Below, piece by piece: positions 1 through 15,635 of a stretch of DNA of 64,000 nt (position 1 is its first letter; every line of letters begins with the position of its first letter). The notes below the pieces were generated by a model. It was not told the origin of the DNA and ran no database searches. It saw only the letters and a program-made list of their open reading frames with translations. The DNA is from Paraspadella gotoi (lineage: Eukaryota > Animalia > Chaetognatha), in assembly GCA_051294375.1 (NCBI GenBank), contig CM119269.1:5042686-5106685 (forward strand), read 5' to 3'. Both the position numbers and the translations under genes were made by a program.

Positions 1-38
<38 letters not shown>
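1..38. repeat. (GA)n microsatellite, the first of dozens of AG/CT tracts (e.g. 720-835, 1300-1485, 12449-12555, 15000-15115, 19955-20030, 33543-33634, 56525-56605, 58640-58705)
   Basis: Seen directly. These tracts generate the SLSL/ERER pseudo-ORFs in the ORF track. Confidence 0.98.
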
Positions 39-40
<2 letters not shown>

Positions 41-713
41 AATGATTAATTTTTTTCAAATGATTAATAGCGTCAAAAAAGTTTGACTCCAAAAGAATTC
101 AAGTTTTCTAAACAAAAACTAAAAAGAAAGAAAATCCAAAGTTAAATCTTTCCCTTCTTTGCCTTTTTTATTAATGGGACAGTTATAATCAAGTCGAAAA
201 TGTAAATTTGTGTCGGGATTGAAACTTTTTTAAATTGGTGCCGAAAAAAAAGTGACACGGTGGCAGAAGCATAACATTATCATTAATTAATTCAAATTGA
301 CATATAAAAGTTGTAAGTTCCAACAACTGTGAAATTCAATGAATTTTTTTTACCTAACTTAGTAATAAGTCGACTTTGCTATAAAAAATCTATAAAAAAA
401 AGGCTCTTTCATGATATTTAATAATTTGATTCTTGTAAGAAAAATAAAGAGTGTGAGAGTTTGACCGAGAGACAAAGTGAAAGCAAAAACTGACTGACGG
501 ACAGCATTCGAGTGAGAGAAAATTCCCGTCAGTTTTGGTGACGTCTGTTTAAGCTCCGGAGGCGAGGGGTTCCTTTTTCGCTCCATGGAAGACGGATGGC
601 GTTCTGGAATCATGGCGTGGAATTGTGGCATCGTGCCTCCAATCAGGATAAAACACAACGTTTTTTCTCGCGCGGAAAGCGAAGAGAGAGAGAATTTCCG
701 AGATTTATTTGAT

Positions 714-754
<41 letters not shown>

Positions 755-768
755 ACTCTCTCTCTCTC

Positions 769-2941
<2,173 letters not shown>

Positions 2942-3439
2942 TTACGAAATAACTATCTCTAATATGCGAGGAAATCCAGCTTCTCTATCTTTTCCCCCGT
3001 TGTTCTTTTGCTCTTATTACTGGCATCGGAAAATGCTTTCCATTCTACGCGATCGACACGCACATCTTTAGCATTTTTTGTTTATACCTAGTACAGAATT
3101 CCGAAGGCAGTGTATCGCTGATTCTGATTGGTGGCCCGTGAATTTCCGATGGATTTCGTTCAGATTCTTATGAATTCTGGCCACGTGGCCATCTTCAGAT
3201 CTCAAGAGTTGTCACTGGGTTTTTAGTTTCTTCTTCCAGAGCAATAGAAAAACTCTTTTTATTAGATATCTCGGAATCTTATTTTTTGTGTGATCGCTGG
3301 GTTTGGTGGACTTTTCTATGAAGAGAAGCACTTCTATTTTTGCATATATTGGGCTTCAGAAACAAGTAAGAAAAAGACACTTTAAATTATTTATAATTTG
3401 CTGAGTTTGTACTAAATGTTTTTGTTTATTCTTTGGCCC

Positions 3440-3800
3440 AGGACTTCTAACTACTCTCTACTCTCCTTCTACAACTCTAACTCTACAACCTCTCTCCCTC
3501 ACTCAAGACTCTCTACAGACACCTATACCTTAGCAGCAATCAAAGACTTACAGTCTACATTCGTCAAGTCTGGGCTTCGTAGATTCGTCGTCTTTCGGCC
3601 TTAAGCCGACGTCATCTACCGAGACTTTGTCCGTCGTCATCTCCCAGGGCGTCTTGACCGGACGCCAATCTCTCTTTCCTGCGCCCATTTTATACCCGAA
3701 CTCCATGTGGTCTTCAAAATGCGCAGATTAGCCCATGTCAGGTTTAGAAAATTCAAAGACAGCCACTTCTCCGAACTGTTAGTTCAACACATTAGAAAGT
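3440..3800 (-). mobile_element. LTR-like segment next to the Gypsy-like remnant
   Basis: Inference only. The minus strand has GGGTATAAAATGGGCG (about 3681-3697), the sequence is non-coding and non-repetitive, and it lies downstream of the integrase remnant in the same orientation. No second LTR, PBS or PPT was identified. Confidence 0.3.
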
Positions 3801-4589
3801 CGTTTTCTGAAGCCAATAATATGTAAAAATAAGAGATGCTTCTCTCATAGAAAAGTCCACCCAAAACCAGCGATCCACAAAAAATAAGATTCCGGTCCTG
3901 TATTCCCATTTGCAGGACGGCCATAAGCTACGGGCTCTCTATCCTCACGGTATTTTCATGGGAATCGTTGGAAAAGATACGTCGGTTGAATTGGATTCTC
4001 AGGAGGGTCTGGCCACTTCGACGGCTTAAGGATCCGGGTGCAGCCTCTCCGGGCGACGTTTCATCATTGCGATTAGGGATTTCCCCGAACTAGCGGACGA
4101 CACGTCATCGCCTGTAGATACTTTTGCGGCAACACGTCCGCCGCTTACCTTCTCCGAGTATTTTTGCGGTGAGATTGAAGTTCGGATCGATTCATTTTAT
4201 TTTCTTCAAACTTCGCCGTTTCGGCATCCGCACCGTCTTCGGAAGCTTTCCTGCGACTATCAAACGCCGCCTTTATGCCATCAAGCGGCGCCGAATGGAT
4301 GCGGCAGAAGTAAGCCGCGCCAGCATCCAACTGGCGTCGAGAAGCTCGGGGGTGTCGAAAGCACTTCAAGGGAATCCCTTTCGCCGTCTTTCGTTGACGT
4401 CGCCGGGTCGTGTTGTAAGACGGATTAAGCCCGCCTATGTGCGGCGAAAGAGAAGGATATCACTGCTTCAAGACCGACCGGCCGCTGAAACCCTCTCCCA
4501 AACTTAGCATCCGGGAGATATCAACAACCTTCTTACACGGCGGACCATGACTCTACCAGCGAGTCAGACCTCGGAAGCAACGTCTTCCT

Positions 4590-5520
4590 ACGGAACCTCA
4601 ACGTCCGACGAGGTGGGGAGGCTCCAAGCGATTTCGTACGATCGCGCTCAGCCGCCCGACGGAAAACTATCGGCGGAAGCCACACGGATAGATTCCATTG
4701 AAGGCAATTTTGTGAAGGTCATCCGTTCCACGATAAAAAGAGGTAGATAATGACCGAGGCTTGGAGTTTTTGTCGGAGTCTCCTTGATCCCTCAGCAACA
4801 TCTTGGGACATTGCGGCCAGCTCGAATTCGGCAGGGGCCAAATTCTATGTCGACACCGTGTTCATCCGGTTTGAAAGCATCTCCGGTCGACAGACACGCC
4901 TCCCGTATCCGCGCAGCCGGATTACACCGACGGCTGGAAGAATCGGGACTTTAAAAGCCCCACGTCCCTTTCAGCTGGCCAAACCATCCGACGACGACTA
5001 CGCTGCGTCCAACCTCGACCATTATCGTCCCCCCCCGATCTGACCGAAGACGTCGATCATCAAAGAGTCCCCGTCATTTTTTTTTCCGTGACGACCCGGG
5101 TTCGGCGTTGACGGCATATCAAGCGCACTGAAAGAAATAACAACTATTTCACCAACAATCGACGACGAAGATGTGGATGCGCAGCCAGGAGTGCCGGGCT
5201 GAAGTCTGCTGCGGTGCTTGGCCGGTCGCACAGGACGTCGAGGACGCCCGCAGGGCCCGACGTCGGTCCAATCATATCTGTATCGACAAAGCAACAAAGT
5301 CTTTCAAATCGGCTCGGATCTCAGCGGTCAGAGATTTTCACAGGTGGTTCGATGATCGGATGAGCGTCTCTCGTCGGCGTCGATGGGAGTGCGCTGGGTT
5401 TTTCAACAGAACTTCGACCTTTCTTGAAGTCGGTATAGATTCGACGAGAGGTTGCGTGAACGGGAGAACGACATACGTATCGCCTTAAAAACCGGCCGGA
5501 GACCAGTAGGACGAGATGGA
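4590..5520 (-). mobile_element. Degenerate or noisy Ty3/Gypsy-like LTR retrotransposon integrase remnant
   Basis: Manual minus-strand translation across frameshifts gives these motifs in the expected order: IPTSRKVEVLLKNPAHSH..ETLIR..IRADLKDFVA (zinc-binding region), HSWLRIHI (PWxRIHID-like), RLRSDRG (catalytic SDxG), SDGLA-ERDVGLLKSRF (SNGLAER..LK-like), PEMLSNR, and WLPPIVFRR..ARSYEI (C-terminal domain). There are many stops and indels. Confidence 0.6.
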
Positions 5521-5807
5521 TAAGAATTGAGAGAGAAGTGATTTGCAGAGGGCCGGTTAATTACGAGCTCTTGGCGAGTCGAGAGTGACTGTTTCACAAC
5601 CCGTCATCGCTTCCAACATGCGTACGGCTGAGTGGGTCGAGGCTCAGTCTCGCTCCCCGTCTTGACCCTCGTCCTCCAACTGCAACCGTCTTCAAAGCCC
5701 CTCACCGTTCGAATGATTTGACGATCCTGCCATGAATCGCATCCCACACGTCTCAACAAAGTCGCGGTCAACTCGTCGACTTCGTGATCATATCGCCGGA
5801 ACCAGAA

Positions 5808-5832
5808 NNNNNNNNNNNNNNNNNNNNNNNNN
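5808..5832. other. 25-N assembly gap (others at 9240-9264, 51483-51507, 55859-55883, 60626-60650)
   Basis: Each gap is exactly 25 N, and four of the five abut duplicated noisy sequence. 10-N gaps occur at 13694, 13904, 43313 and 51573, and larger gaps at 18371, 19024, 21531 and 21756. Confidence 0.97.
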
Positions 5833-6407
5833 CCATCAGCAGCGTTTGCTTTTCCCTCAAACTGCTTTTTCCTTCTTTCTCTTCTCTTCTCTTCTCTTCT
5901 CTGCTTTTATCTTTTTCTTTTTGTTATCTTTTTTTAATTTAGTTTTGTTTCTCTCTTTCTTTTCTTTCTGTCATAGTTTTTTTTTAAATGATATAAACTG
6001 GCTCGTTTAAAACGACTTTGTTGCACAAAGCAAGTTACTCAAAAATCGCCAAAGCATAAGGAAAATAATCAATAATTCTGCGCGTTCAAAGTTCATAAAT
6101 GTTTTTTGAGAATCCTCTGCATTCTCATAACATTCTTATTTTTTAATCCAGATTTTACCACCAAAATGAATTTAATTATCATTACGATAAATTATGCGCA
6201 CTAAATTACCTCAACCATTATAAATATACTTACGAGAAAATGTAAGAAATTATTAAAATTAAAGAGAGAGAGAGAGAGAGAGAGAGAGATAATTGAGTGA
6301 TTATCTAATGTTGCGTGAGGGGGTTGCGTTTCGGTTATTTGTGCATCAGTCTTTTTTTTTAGAATCTCAATTCCTCTCTCTCTCTCTCTCCTCTCTCTCT
6401 TCGCTCT

Positions 6408-6459
<52 letters not shown>

Positions 6460-6506
6460 TCTCTCTCCCTCCTTCTTCTCTCTCTCTTCTCTCTCTCCTC
6501 TCTCTC

Positions 6507-6556
<50 letters not shown>

Positions 6557-9384
6557 CTCTTTTTTCTCTCTATCCTACGTCGGTCCTCCTCATCAGCAAA
6601 GCTCGCTAAGTCTCGGTCCGAATCTCCCTTTGAAAAAGAGGGTCCCTATTTCTTTTTCCTAATCAGCCCATTTTTTCCTCCTTACTGTCAGTTCCTTCTT
6701 CGCCTCTTTACTTTTTAAATTAAATTTTTCACAACTTGTTTTTTTTTCCTCCCCTTCCTTTTTCCTTTTTTTCTTATTTAATCTACCTTCCATCACATAC
6801 TTAATTTTTTCATTATCCACATCCTGTTATTTCCCACGTTTCCTATCTTCATTTTCTTTTCTTTCTTTCTCTACTGCCTACTCTATCTGCTCCTCTCCTT
6901 TCCTCCTCTTCCCAACTTTCCTTTCCTCCTCTTCTTTTCTCTTATTCAATTCTCTCTTTCCTCTAACAAGCTCCTCCCTCGAACGGTCCCGCATTTTTCC
7001 TCCATTCAATTCCCAGTCCCCCTTTCTTCCTCCTCCTCCTCCTCCTCTCCTCCTCCTCCTCCTCCTCAGCCAAGCTTTTTTTTCTCTCCTCTTTAAAAAA
7101 GTCTTCTCCCTCTCGCGATCTTTTCATCCTCTCTCGTCTCCGCTTTTTTTTCTCTTTCTTTCCTTTCCTCCGCTTTTCTTTTTTCCTTTCCTTCCTCGCT
7201 TTTTCTTTTTTCTTTCGCTTCCTCCCTCCGGTTTCGAATTTTCTTTAAGGTCACTCTATCTTTTTCCTAATCTACCTTTTCTTTCTCTCCTTCTGTGTCT
7301 TTTCCTCCTCTTTTTATTAATTTTCCACTTCTTCCTTTTTTTCTCTCCCTTCCTTTTCTTTTCCTCTATCTCTTTTTACTCTTATTCCTTTCTTTCTTCC
7401 TTCCTTCCTCTTCTTTTCTTTTTTTTTCTCTCATCCTTCCTTTCCTTTCCTTTCCCTTTCCTTCTCCTTTTCATCTTTTCTCCCACTTTGCTTCCCTTTA
7501 TTAGCTTCTTTTCCTTTTTTTCTTTCTATCCATTTTTCTCCTTTATTTTCCTTTCCTTTCTCTTCCATCCTTTTCTTTCCTTCTTTTTCTTTTTTATCCT
7601 CTTCTTTTCTTTTTTTTTTTTTTTTCTTTCTCTTTTCTTTTTTCTTTTTTTTTTCTTCCTCTTTTCTTTTTCCTCTTCATTTTTTTTTTCCTCCTCTTCT
7701 CCTTTCCTTTCTTTTCTTCTTTTTCTTTTTCTCACTTCTTTCTTTTCTTTTCTCTTCTTCTTTTTTTCTTCTTCTTTCCTCTCCCGCCTCTTTCTCCACT
7801 CATCTTTTTTTTTTTCTTTCTCTTCTTTCTCCACTTTTTTTCTTTACCTCTTTTCTTCTTTTTTTTTTTTTCTTCTTTCTTTCTCTTTTTTTTTGTTTTT
7901 TATCTTTTCATAGGCTTCTTTTTTTTTCTTTTTTTCCTTCTTTTATTTATTTTCTTTCTTTTTTTTTTGTTTTTCTTTTTTTTTTGCCTTTCCCCTCGAT
8001 TTTCTTTTTTTTTCCTTCCGTCGCTTTCTTTTTTATTATCCGTATAACCGCTTTTTTTTTTTTTTCTTATTCCTTCATCCGATTTTCTTCTTTTTTTCCT
8101 TTCTGTAACCGCTTTTCTTTTTTTTCCTTTCCTCCGCTTTTTCTTTCTTTTTCTTTCCTCCGCTTTTTCTTTTCTTTCCACTTATCCACTTCGCGCCTTT
8201 CTTTTTTTTTTTCTTCCTACCCGCAAAAGCTCGTTGTAAAAAAGCCCCAGTAAATTGAAAGAGAACTTCTTCAAAAGATCCTTCATTTTTCTTTCAAACA
8301 ATTAGCGAATTACCAATGGGAGTTTCTTTGACTAAGCCGAAAAAAACTGCTCCCGGCTCTCGGCACTTGCCTCCCGGCACCCGGCACCCGCCTCCCGGAA
8401 CTCAAAGCAGTCGCCGGAAAAAAAAAACCTACGTTTGCGCCACTGAGTTAATCGGCGACGCTGATCCTTTTTAAGCGAAGTTCCCCGCCGACGTAGTTAT
8501 CGGCGAATCTCGGTATCTCGGCCGGGACGGACTGACGGACTGACGGCCGGGACGGACTGACGGAACACCTCCTATCGTATCTCGTTAAAAACCTCTTATT
8601 TTGTCACTACTTAAATTTCGATATATTTTTTAAAATAATAAATACTTTACTACCTCCTCTCCACCAATTTTCAACGAATCCCAAATCTTATTTCATATCT
8701 AAATATACTATTCCGACTTCACTCTTTTCGTGTGTTTCTTAATTCTCTTCCTCCTTCTCCTGACAGCATAATACAAAACATAGACCGCCTAGCCATCAAA
8801 AAACTACCGGCGCCCGGATTTCAAATGGCCGAATTCATTGCTTCTTTATGCAAATGAGATTTTGTTCTCTTATTTGCCCTCGCTGTCCGGCCTTCTCTTC
8901 TTTTTCTCGTTCTTCGTCCTGTTCTTGTATTTGTTCTGGAGTTTTTTTTAGCAGTATAAAATATTATTTTATTTAGTTATTGTTATTATTGTTATTTTTA
9001 TCAATAAAAAAGATAGAAAGATTGATTCAATGTAGGAAAGTAATATATAAACAAAGAAAAAAAGAAAGAAAGAAAGAAATAGACAAAGAAAGAAAGAAAG
9101 AAAGAAAGAAAGAAAAAAGGAGAGAGATATCATCTTCCCCTCCGTAGTTAAGCACTCTCTCTCTCTCCTCTCTCTCTCCTCCTCTCTCTCTTCTTTTCTC
9201 TCTCTCTCTCTCTTCTCTCTCTCCTACGGTCGGCTCCTCNNNNNNNNNNNNNNNNNNNNNNNNNTTATTCGCGTCGTTGGGTTTAAAAAAAAAAAGAAGA
9301 AAAAAAAAAGATCTCATTATTTTATCTGGATACTCCCGACGCATCATCTTCCCCTTCCGTTAGTTAAGCACTCTCTCTTCTCTT

Positions 9385-9437
<53 letters not shown>

Positions 9438-10494
9438 CTACAGTCGGCTCCTCCGCGCCTAGCCATCAAAAAACTACCGGCGCCCCGGATTTCAATGGCC
9501 GAATTCATTGCTTCTTTATGCAAATGAGATTTTGTTCTCTTATTTGCCTCGCTGTCCGGCTTCTCTTCTTTTTCTCGTTCTTCGTCCTGTCTTGTATTTG
9601 TTCTGGAGTTTTTAGCAGTATAAAATATTATTTTATTTAGTTATTGTTATTATTGTTATTTTTATCAATAAAAAGAGATAGAAAGATTGATTCAATGTAG
9701 GAAAGTAATATATAAACAAAAGAAAAAAGAAAGAAAGAAAAGAAATAGAAAAGAAAGAAAAAAAGAAAGAAGAGAAAGAAAAAAAAAGCGAAGAAAGAAA
9801 GAAAGAAAAGAAAGAAGAAGAAGAAGAAAAGAAAGAAAGAAAAAGAAAAAGAAGAAGAGAAAAGAAAGAAAAGAAAATGAAAAAAGAAAGAAAGAAAGAA
9901 AGAAAGAAATAAATAAGAAAGAAAGAAAGACAGAATAAAAAAAGAAAAGCCGTTGTAAAAAGCCAGTAAATGAAAGAGAACTTCTTCAAAGATCCTTCAT
10001 TTTTCTTTCAAACAATATAGCGAATTACCAATGGAGTTTTCTTTGACTAAGCCGAAAAAAACTGCTCCCGGCTCTCGGCACTTGCCCCCGGCAACCCAGG
10101 CACCCGCCTCCCGGAACTCAAAGCAGTCGCCGGAAAAAAAAACCTACGTTTGCGCCACTGAGTTAATCGGCGACGAGCTGATCGCTTTTTAAGCGAAGTT
10201 CCCCGCCGACGTTAGTTATCGGCGAATCTCGGTATCTCGGCCGGGACGGACTGACGGACTGACGCCGGGACGGACTGACGGAAACACCTCCTATCGTATA
10301 AGATGAGCCAATCTGAAGAAAACAATCAGTAGAGAAGATATGAGATATTTTTGTTTGGAAGACGAGGCCAAAGACGACGACGACGACATCGGCATGAGGA
10401 CGACGACCACGACGACGTCAACAACGACGACGGCGAAGACGCTTCTCTTTCTCCGCGATGGACTTTCCCTCCCTCGAGATTTTCTTATTCGGCG

Positions 10495-10526
<32 letters not shown>

Positions 10527-11874
10527 CATTAAAGCGACTGTTTCAACGCAGCTTTCCGTAGAGAGGGACGCCGGAGCGATACCCGAACCTCGACGGGGAG
10601 TTGAATGCCAGTTGTGTATGTAGTTATTGCTGTCGTTGCCGTTGTACGCCATCTACATCAGGATTAATAGTTATCGTCTTTCTCAGTACACGCGAAATAA
10701 AGATCTTCCACTTACAATCGCAGCGCAAGTTATGCGAACATTCTAAAGCTCTATTGACATCTCTTAACTCGAGCATAACGACGACGACGACGAAATCGAC
10801 GACGACGACGACGACGATGACAACTCGTTTTGTTTTTCGTCTCGTGTTGTTTTCGACGCAATGGATGAAGGAAAACGAGGCGTCGTGAGGGAGGATGCCA
10901 TCGACGGAATGACATCAGCGGAATGGCATCGGCGGAATGGCGCCGACGCTGATGGAGGAAATCGCGTTGGAAGAAATCAATGGCGGTGGTGAGGGAATCG
11001 ATTGCAAGGCGGATGGAATTGTCAATTGCGCGACGGATGAAATTTTTTTGAGGATTAAATGATACAATGAAGTGATAATTTTGATACTAAATTCGTATAT
11101 TATCTGGACCGATGGAATCGTTGGCAGGACTGATTCGTAAGTGTAAGTACGGGTCATTTCAATCGCTTATAGAGTTGATGATAGAGTGAAGAGGATTGAT
11201 GGAATAATGAGCTGGAGTGATAGGAATTGATGACAGGTTCTGGGGAATCGTGCTCAACAGTAATGGAATCTTTTCGTTATCACTTCAATCGAAAACGATT
11301 TTACGGGAAAAAAAATCACAAAGTCTCTTTGTTTTAGATTCATTCTTCAAAAAAAAAAAAAAAAGGAAAGTTAGGGCCAGGGGTTTTTTTTTGGCTTTTG
11401 TTCTCTGATTAAATTTTCTCATGGAATCGAATCTTAACGAAATCTCCAGATGGTTTTGGTTAAAGAAGGGGGTCGGGTTTTTTTCAACGCGAGGACGGAC
11501 TGGTCTGAAATGAGGGCCATTGTGGGTGAGAATTGATGAGTGAATAGATGGTTTTCAAAAAGAGTTCACAGTCTGATAGATGATTTTCGAAGTCAACTCT
11601 CGTGATGATAATTTGGTTATTAAGTCTAAAGGCTTTTCTAAAAAAAAATATTCATTTTAAAAATGTTTTTTTTAATCGAAGAAAAAAAGAGAGAAAAAGA
11701 AATTTCTATTCAGAAATAAGATAAACGGAGAAAAAACGGGCAAAAAGAAAAAAAGAGAAAGAAAAAAAAAAGGAAAAAAAATCGTTTTATCGCGTGGATC
11801 GGCGTCAAGGAGCAAGGGGAGCGAACGGCGGGTGGCGGCCTCTCGGGGGGGGGGGGGTGAGAAGGACAGAGAGG

Positions 11875-12170
11875 AAAGAGAAGATAAAAAAAGAGGGAGG
11901 AAAAGGGGGAAGCTAAAGATAGAAAAGAGGGAGTAAAAAGAGAAAGCTAAAGATAGAACAGAGGGAGGAAAAGGGGAAAGCTAATGATAGAACAGAGGGA
12001 GGAAAAGCGGGATGCTAAAGATAGAGGTAGGAAAGAAGGAGACAAAAGATAGAAAAGAGGGAGGAAAGTGAGGAAAAAAAAAGATAAAAAAGACGGAGGA
12101 AATGGGCGAAGCTAAAGATAGAAAAGAGGGAGGAAAGGAGACAAAAGATAGAAAAGAGGGAGGAAAAGGA
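11875..12170 (+). repeat. Imperfect minisatellite of about 30-33 bp (GCTAAAGATAGAAAAGAGGGAGGAAAAGGGGAA-like)
   Basis: The core AAAGATAGAAAAGAGGGAGGAAA recurs about 9 times with variation. Confidence 0.85.
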
Positions 12171-12445
12171 AAAAACCAAAAGAAATTAGGAAAGAAAAGT
12201 AAAAAGGACAGAAAATAATGGGAGAAAAAGAAATTTTCAAATGGAGGCGACGAAATATTTCATGGAAAAAATTAAAGATAAAACCAACTCACCTCGTTCT
12301 GGATGACCGATTGGGGAAAATTAAGCCGATCGGTTTTGAAAAGTTTGGCCAGTGGCCACGCCTCAGCGGTGGTGGTTGGAGCAGTTTAAAGAAAGCAATA
12401 AACGAAAATAAGCCCATAAAAAGTTGACGGTTCTCGCGATGGCGA

Positions 12446-12540
<95 letters not shown>

Positions 12541-12619
12541 AGGAGAGGAGAGAGAGCCGAATTTCAGAGTCGAAAGAAAAAAATATCGCGATAGTGCGCT
12601 CGGGGGCGTCGTCTTGGCG

Positions 12620-12674
<55 letters not shown>

Positions 12675-13049
12675 CTCTTCTCTCTCTCTCTCGCCCGCGC
12701 GTCCGTCAGATGGCGTGCGTCACAATCAGCGCCATCAACGCCGACGCTTGGGGGATAAAAGGGGGAAAGGGGGAAGGGGTTTTGAACGGAGGCATCGAGA
12801 TTGGAGATAAGAGAGTAAAGAAGTCATTCTCCCCTTAGTCCTTGATAAAAATTCGGGTTGGTCAATTCTTCCTCACCCATTTCCAATTTCCTTACCTCCC
12901 CTTCCACAATCCTTCTTTTCCCAAAAGACTCTACCCCCCCGTCCCGATCCCACATGCCCGACATGGCGTATGAGAGGCGGTCGATGCGAGGGCGATAGAT
13001 AATGACCATTAGCCATTAGGACGACACGGCGTTATCGGGATGGAATGGG

Positions 13050-13123
<74 letters not shown>

Positions 13124-14348
13124 GTTTCCATCGATTAGATTGGTCAGTTTTTAAACTTTCTTCCACATCCTCCTTGTTTCCGACCGAGTCCCGTATTTCT
13201 TTGACTTTCCCTCACATTTGCATCGGAATCGTTGGAACTCGCCTCGACCACCGAATAACGCACCAAATAAGGAATGCCCTCTGCGACGTCGCGAGGACGA
13301 CGACGATAACGACGACTATAACGACGATCGACCCTGGAACGGAAGAGAGAGAAGGAGGAAGTGGGACGACGACGACGAAGTGACGTCCGGAAAGGCGAAG
13401 AAACGATAACGAAAATGTGCGTAAGAAGATCAAGATTCTGATGACAACTCGTAAAAATATTTCAGTTAACGATTACGACGACGACGACGTCAAAGAAGAA
13501 ATTTATATAGAATATCTATTACGATTTACCGATGACGCCGCCGCCGCCGCCGCCGCCGCCGCCGCTGACGTTATCGCTGACACCGCTGACGCCGCCGCAG
13601 CCAGCAGCCGCCGCCACCGCTGCCCACGTTGCCGATTCCCAACAAAGATCGTAAAAAGCTGAGCAGCAGTTTCACGCACGTTCTGGCTCGATANNNNNNN
13701 NNNCACCAGCAAAGTGAAGCCGATCAACTCGTAAACTCGAGACTCAACTGAAGGTTAAAACTCTTAAAACTAACAAAATAAAGTTTGTTTTTTTTCTCGA
13801 ACAAAAATACATCGAACTATTATAACGGGATTATTAGCGTAATCGCCGCCAGGAGGCTCGTTGAAGCCGCTATTAGAGGCTCCTCCGTTCGGCCCTCTCT
13901 CTCNNNNNNNNNNTCTCTCTTTCACAGCCTTTTTTTTCCTCGACGCGTTGTCGGGCCCTCTCGCGCCCGATTTCCGAACCATTTCACGGGCTTTCTCTGC
14001 AAAGTTTCCGATTCCTTTTTTTTGGGGGGGCTGCCTTTTTTTTTAGGATATTGATGGGTCATTTATGGAGGTTTTTAGGCATTTTTATGGCCGTTACTCG
14101 TGACGCCACATGTGTGGTTTTTTTTTGGTAGATATTTTCATATAAAACTCCTAAACCTTTATTTAAAAACTTATATATATATATAAATTTAATAAAAGCC
14201 TTTTTACAGTCGTCTTTCCTCTTACATTCTCCCTCTTCCGATTATTTTAAATCTTTTCCTCTACAATCTACATCTTTTTTTTCTGGACGGAAATTGAGAG
14301 TCTTGAATGATGATCGCTTTGCTTACGACTTTTTTATTGCCGCCAGGG

Positions 14349-14443
14349 CGGCGCCGGCCCGCCCCGACGCCCCGTTGCCAGGCCGCCCAGGCGCCGGCCC
14401 GCCCCGACGCCCCGTTGCCAGGCCGCCCAGGCGCCGGTCCGCC
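14349..14443 (+). repeat. GC-rich 40-bp tandem repeat, about 2.4 copies
   Basis: GGCGCCGGCCCGCCCCGACGCCCCGTTGCCAGGCCGCCCA occurs twice, followed by a partial third copy. Confidence 0.9.
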
Positions 14444-14996
14444 CAACCGCCAACCGTCGGCTCGCTCATGGACCGACAACCGCTTCAGTCGGTCAGTCAT
14501 CGCTATAGTAAAAAAAAAGGGAAAAAGGAAGGAATAAAAGGAAAGAAGAAAAAGGAAATAAATGAAAGGAGAAGAAGAAAGAAAGGAAGGAAGAGGAAAG
14601 ATGAAAAGAAAGAAAGGAATGAAAAAATAAAAGGAGCAAAAAAGGGAACAACAAATAAAAGAGAAATGCGAAATGAAAAGGAGAAAAATAAAAAATTGAA
14701 GACGGGAATATTCTTTTTAAAAATAAAAAAAAAGCTTGAAAGAGAATGAAAATCTGGAAACTCCCGAAAAAAAAATCCGAAATTTCGGGGAAAAAATATA
14801 AAAAAAAAGAGAGAAGAAAAGATGAGCAGGAGAAAAAAAAAGGAAAACTGCAAAGAACGAGAGTGAAACACATGGGAATCGCTTCTGTTGGTTTTTTGAA
14901 TGTTTTTTTTTCCCCGCTCCTTTTTTGTGAGAAGTTATGGGCAGAATAACGCTCGGTAATGTGAGTGTGTCGGCGTGAGTCTGTGAGTGAGCCAGA

Positions 14997-15108
<112 letters not shown>

Positions 15109-15635
15109 GAGAGAAGCGGGACTACACTAATTGAATTAATGAGATGCGAAATTGCCTAGACCGAGAGAGAGAGAGAGTTTTATAAGCAATCCGGCTTGGA
15201 AATATAGGGCCACTTGATGAGCATAAAATCTTCGGCCGAGTGTGGGAGATATGAGTTCGTTTCGCCGCAAAATGAAAGAGGAGAAGAAACAAGATCGAAA
15301 CGGATCGAAAATAAATTTGAAATTCGTCATTAGTGATTTTTTTTTTAAGCCTTGGCAATTTAAAGCAATTAAACGGTACCGACGTACCGGGAGCATTTCA
15401 CGTGTTGCAAAAACCTTGAGTGGCACGGACGGGACAAAGAGTGGTAAGGCGCGTGGCTCACGGTCATTTACCAGAGGGCGTTAGGATCTTTTGACATTCA
15501 GAGGTAGTTACCTGGTTTTCGCGCGGTCAAATACTCGCGCAATGAAGCGAAGCCAAGTTATTTTAGACCGGCCGGGGTCGATCGGAAAACCGGACGGCAA
15601 GCGCGGTGCTTTAGCTGAATTTGTAGATTTGAAAG

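Noticed and set aside
3272-3893. Inverted repeat (3272-3365 and 3800-3893) as transposon TIRs or DIRS termini
   Set aside because: The left copy has read-like indels and fits the overlap plus in-place inversion artefact. No TSD or recombinase was seen.
7230-8227. 1 kb C/T-rich tract as a functional polypyrimidine element
   Set aside because: It begins as a very degraded pass of the 6617-7024 sequence and is most likely low-quality read fill.
15505-15616. Faint resemblance to 5S rRNA or the U1 5' end (TTACCTGG)
   Set aside because: Only scattered short matches. Internal control boxes and helices cannot be recovered.
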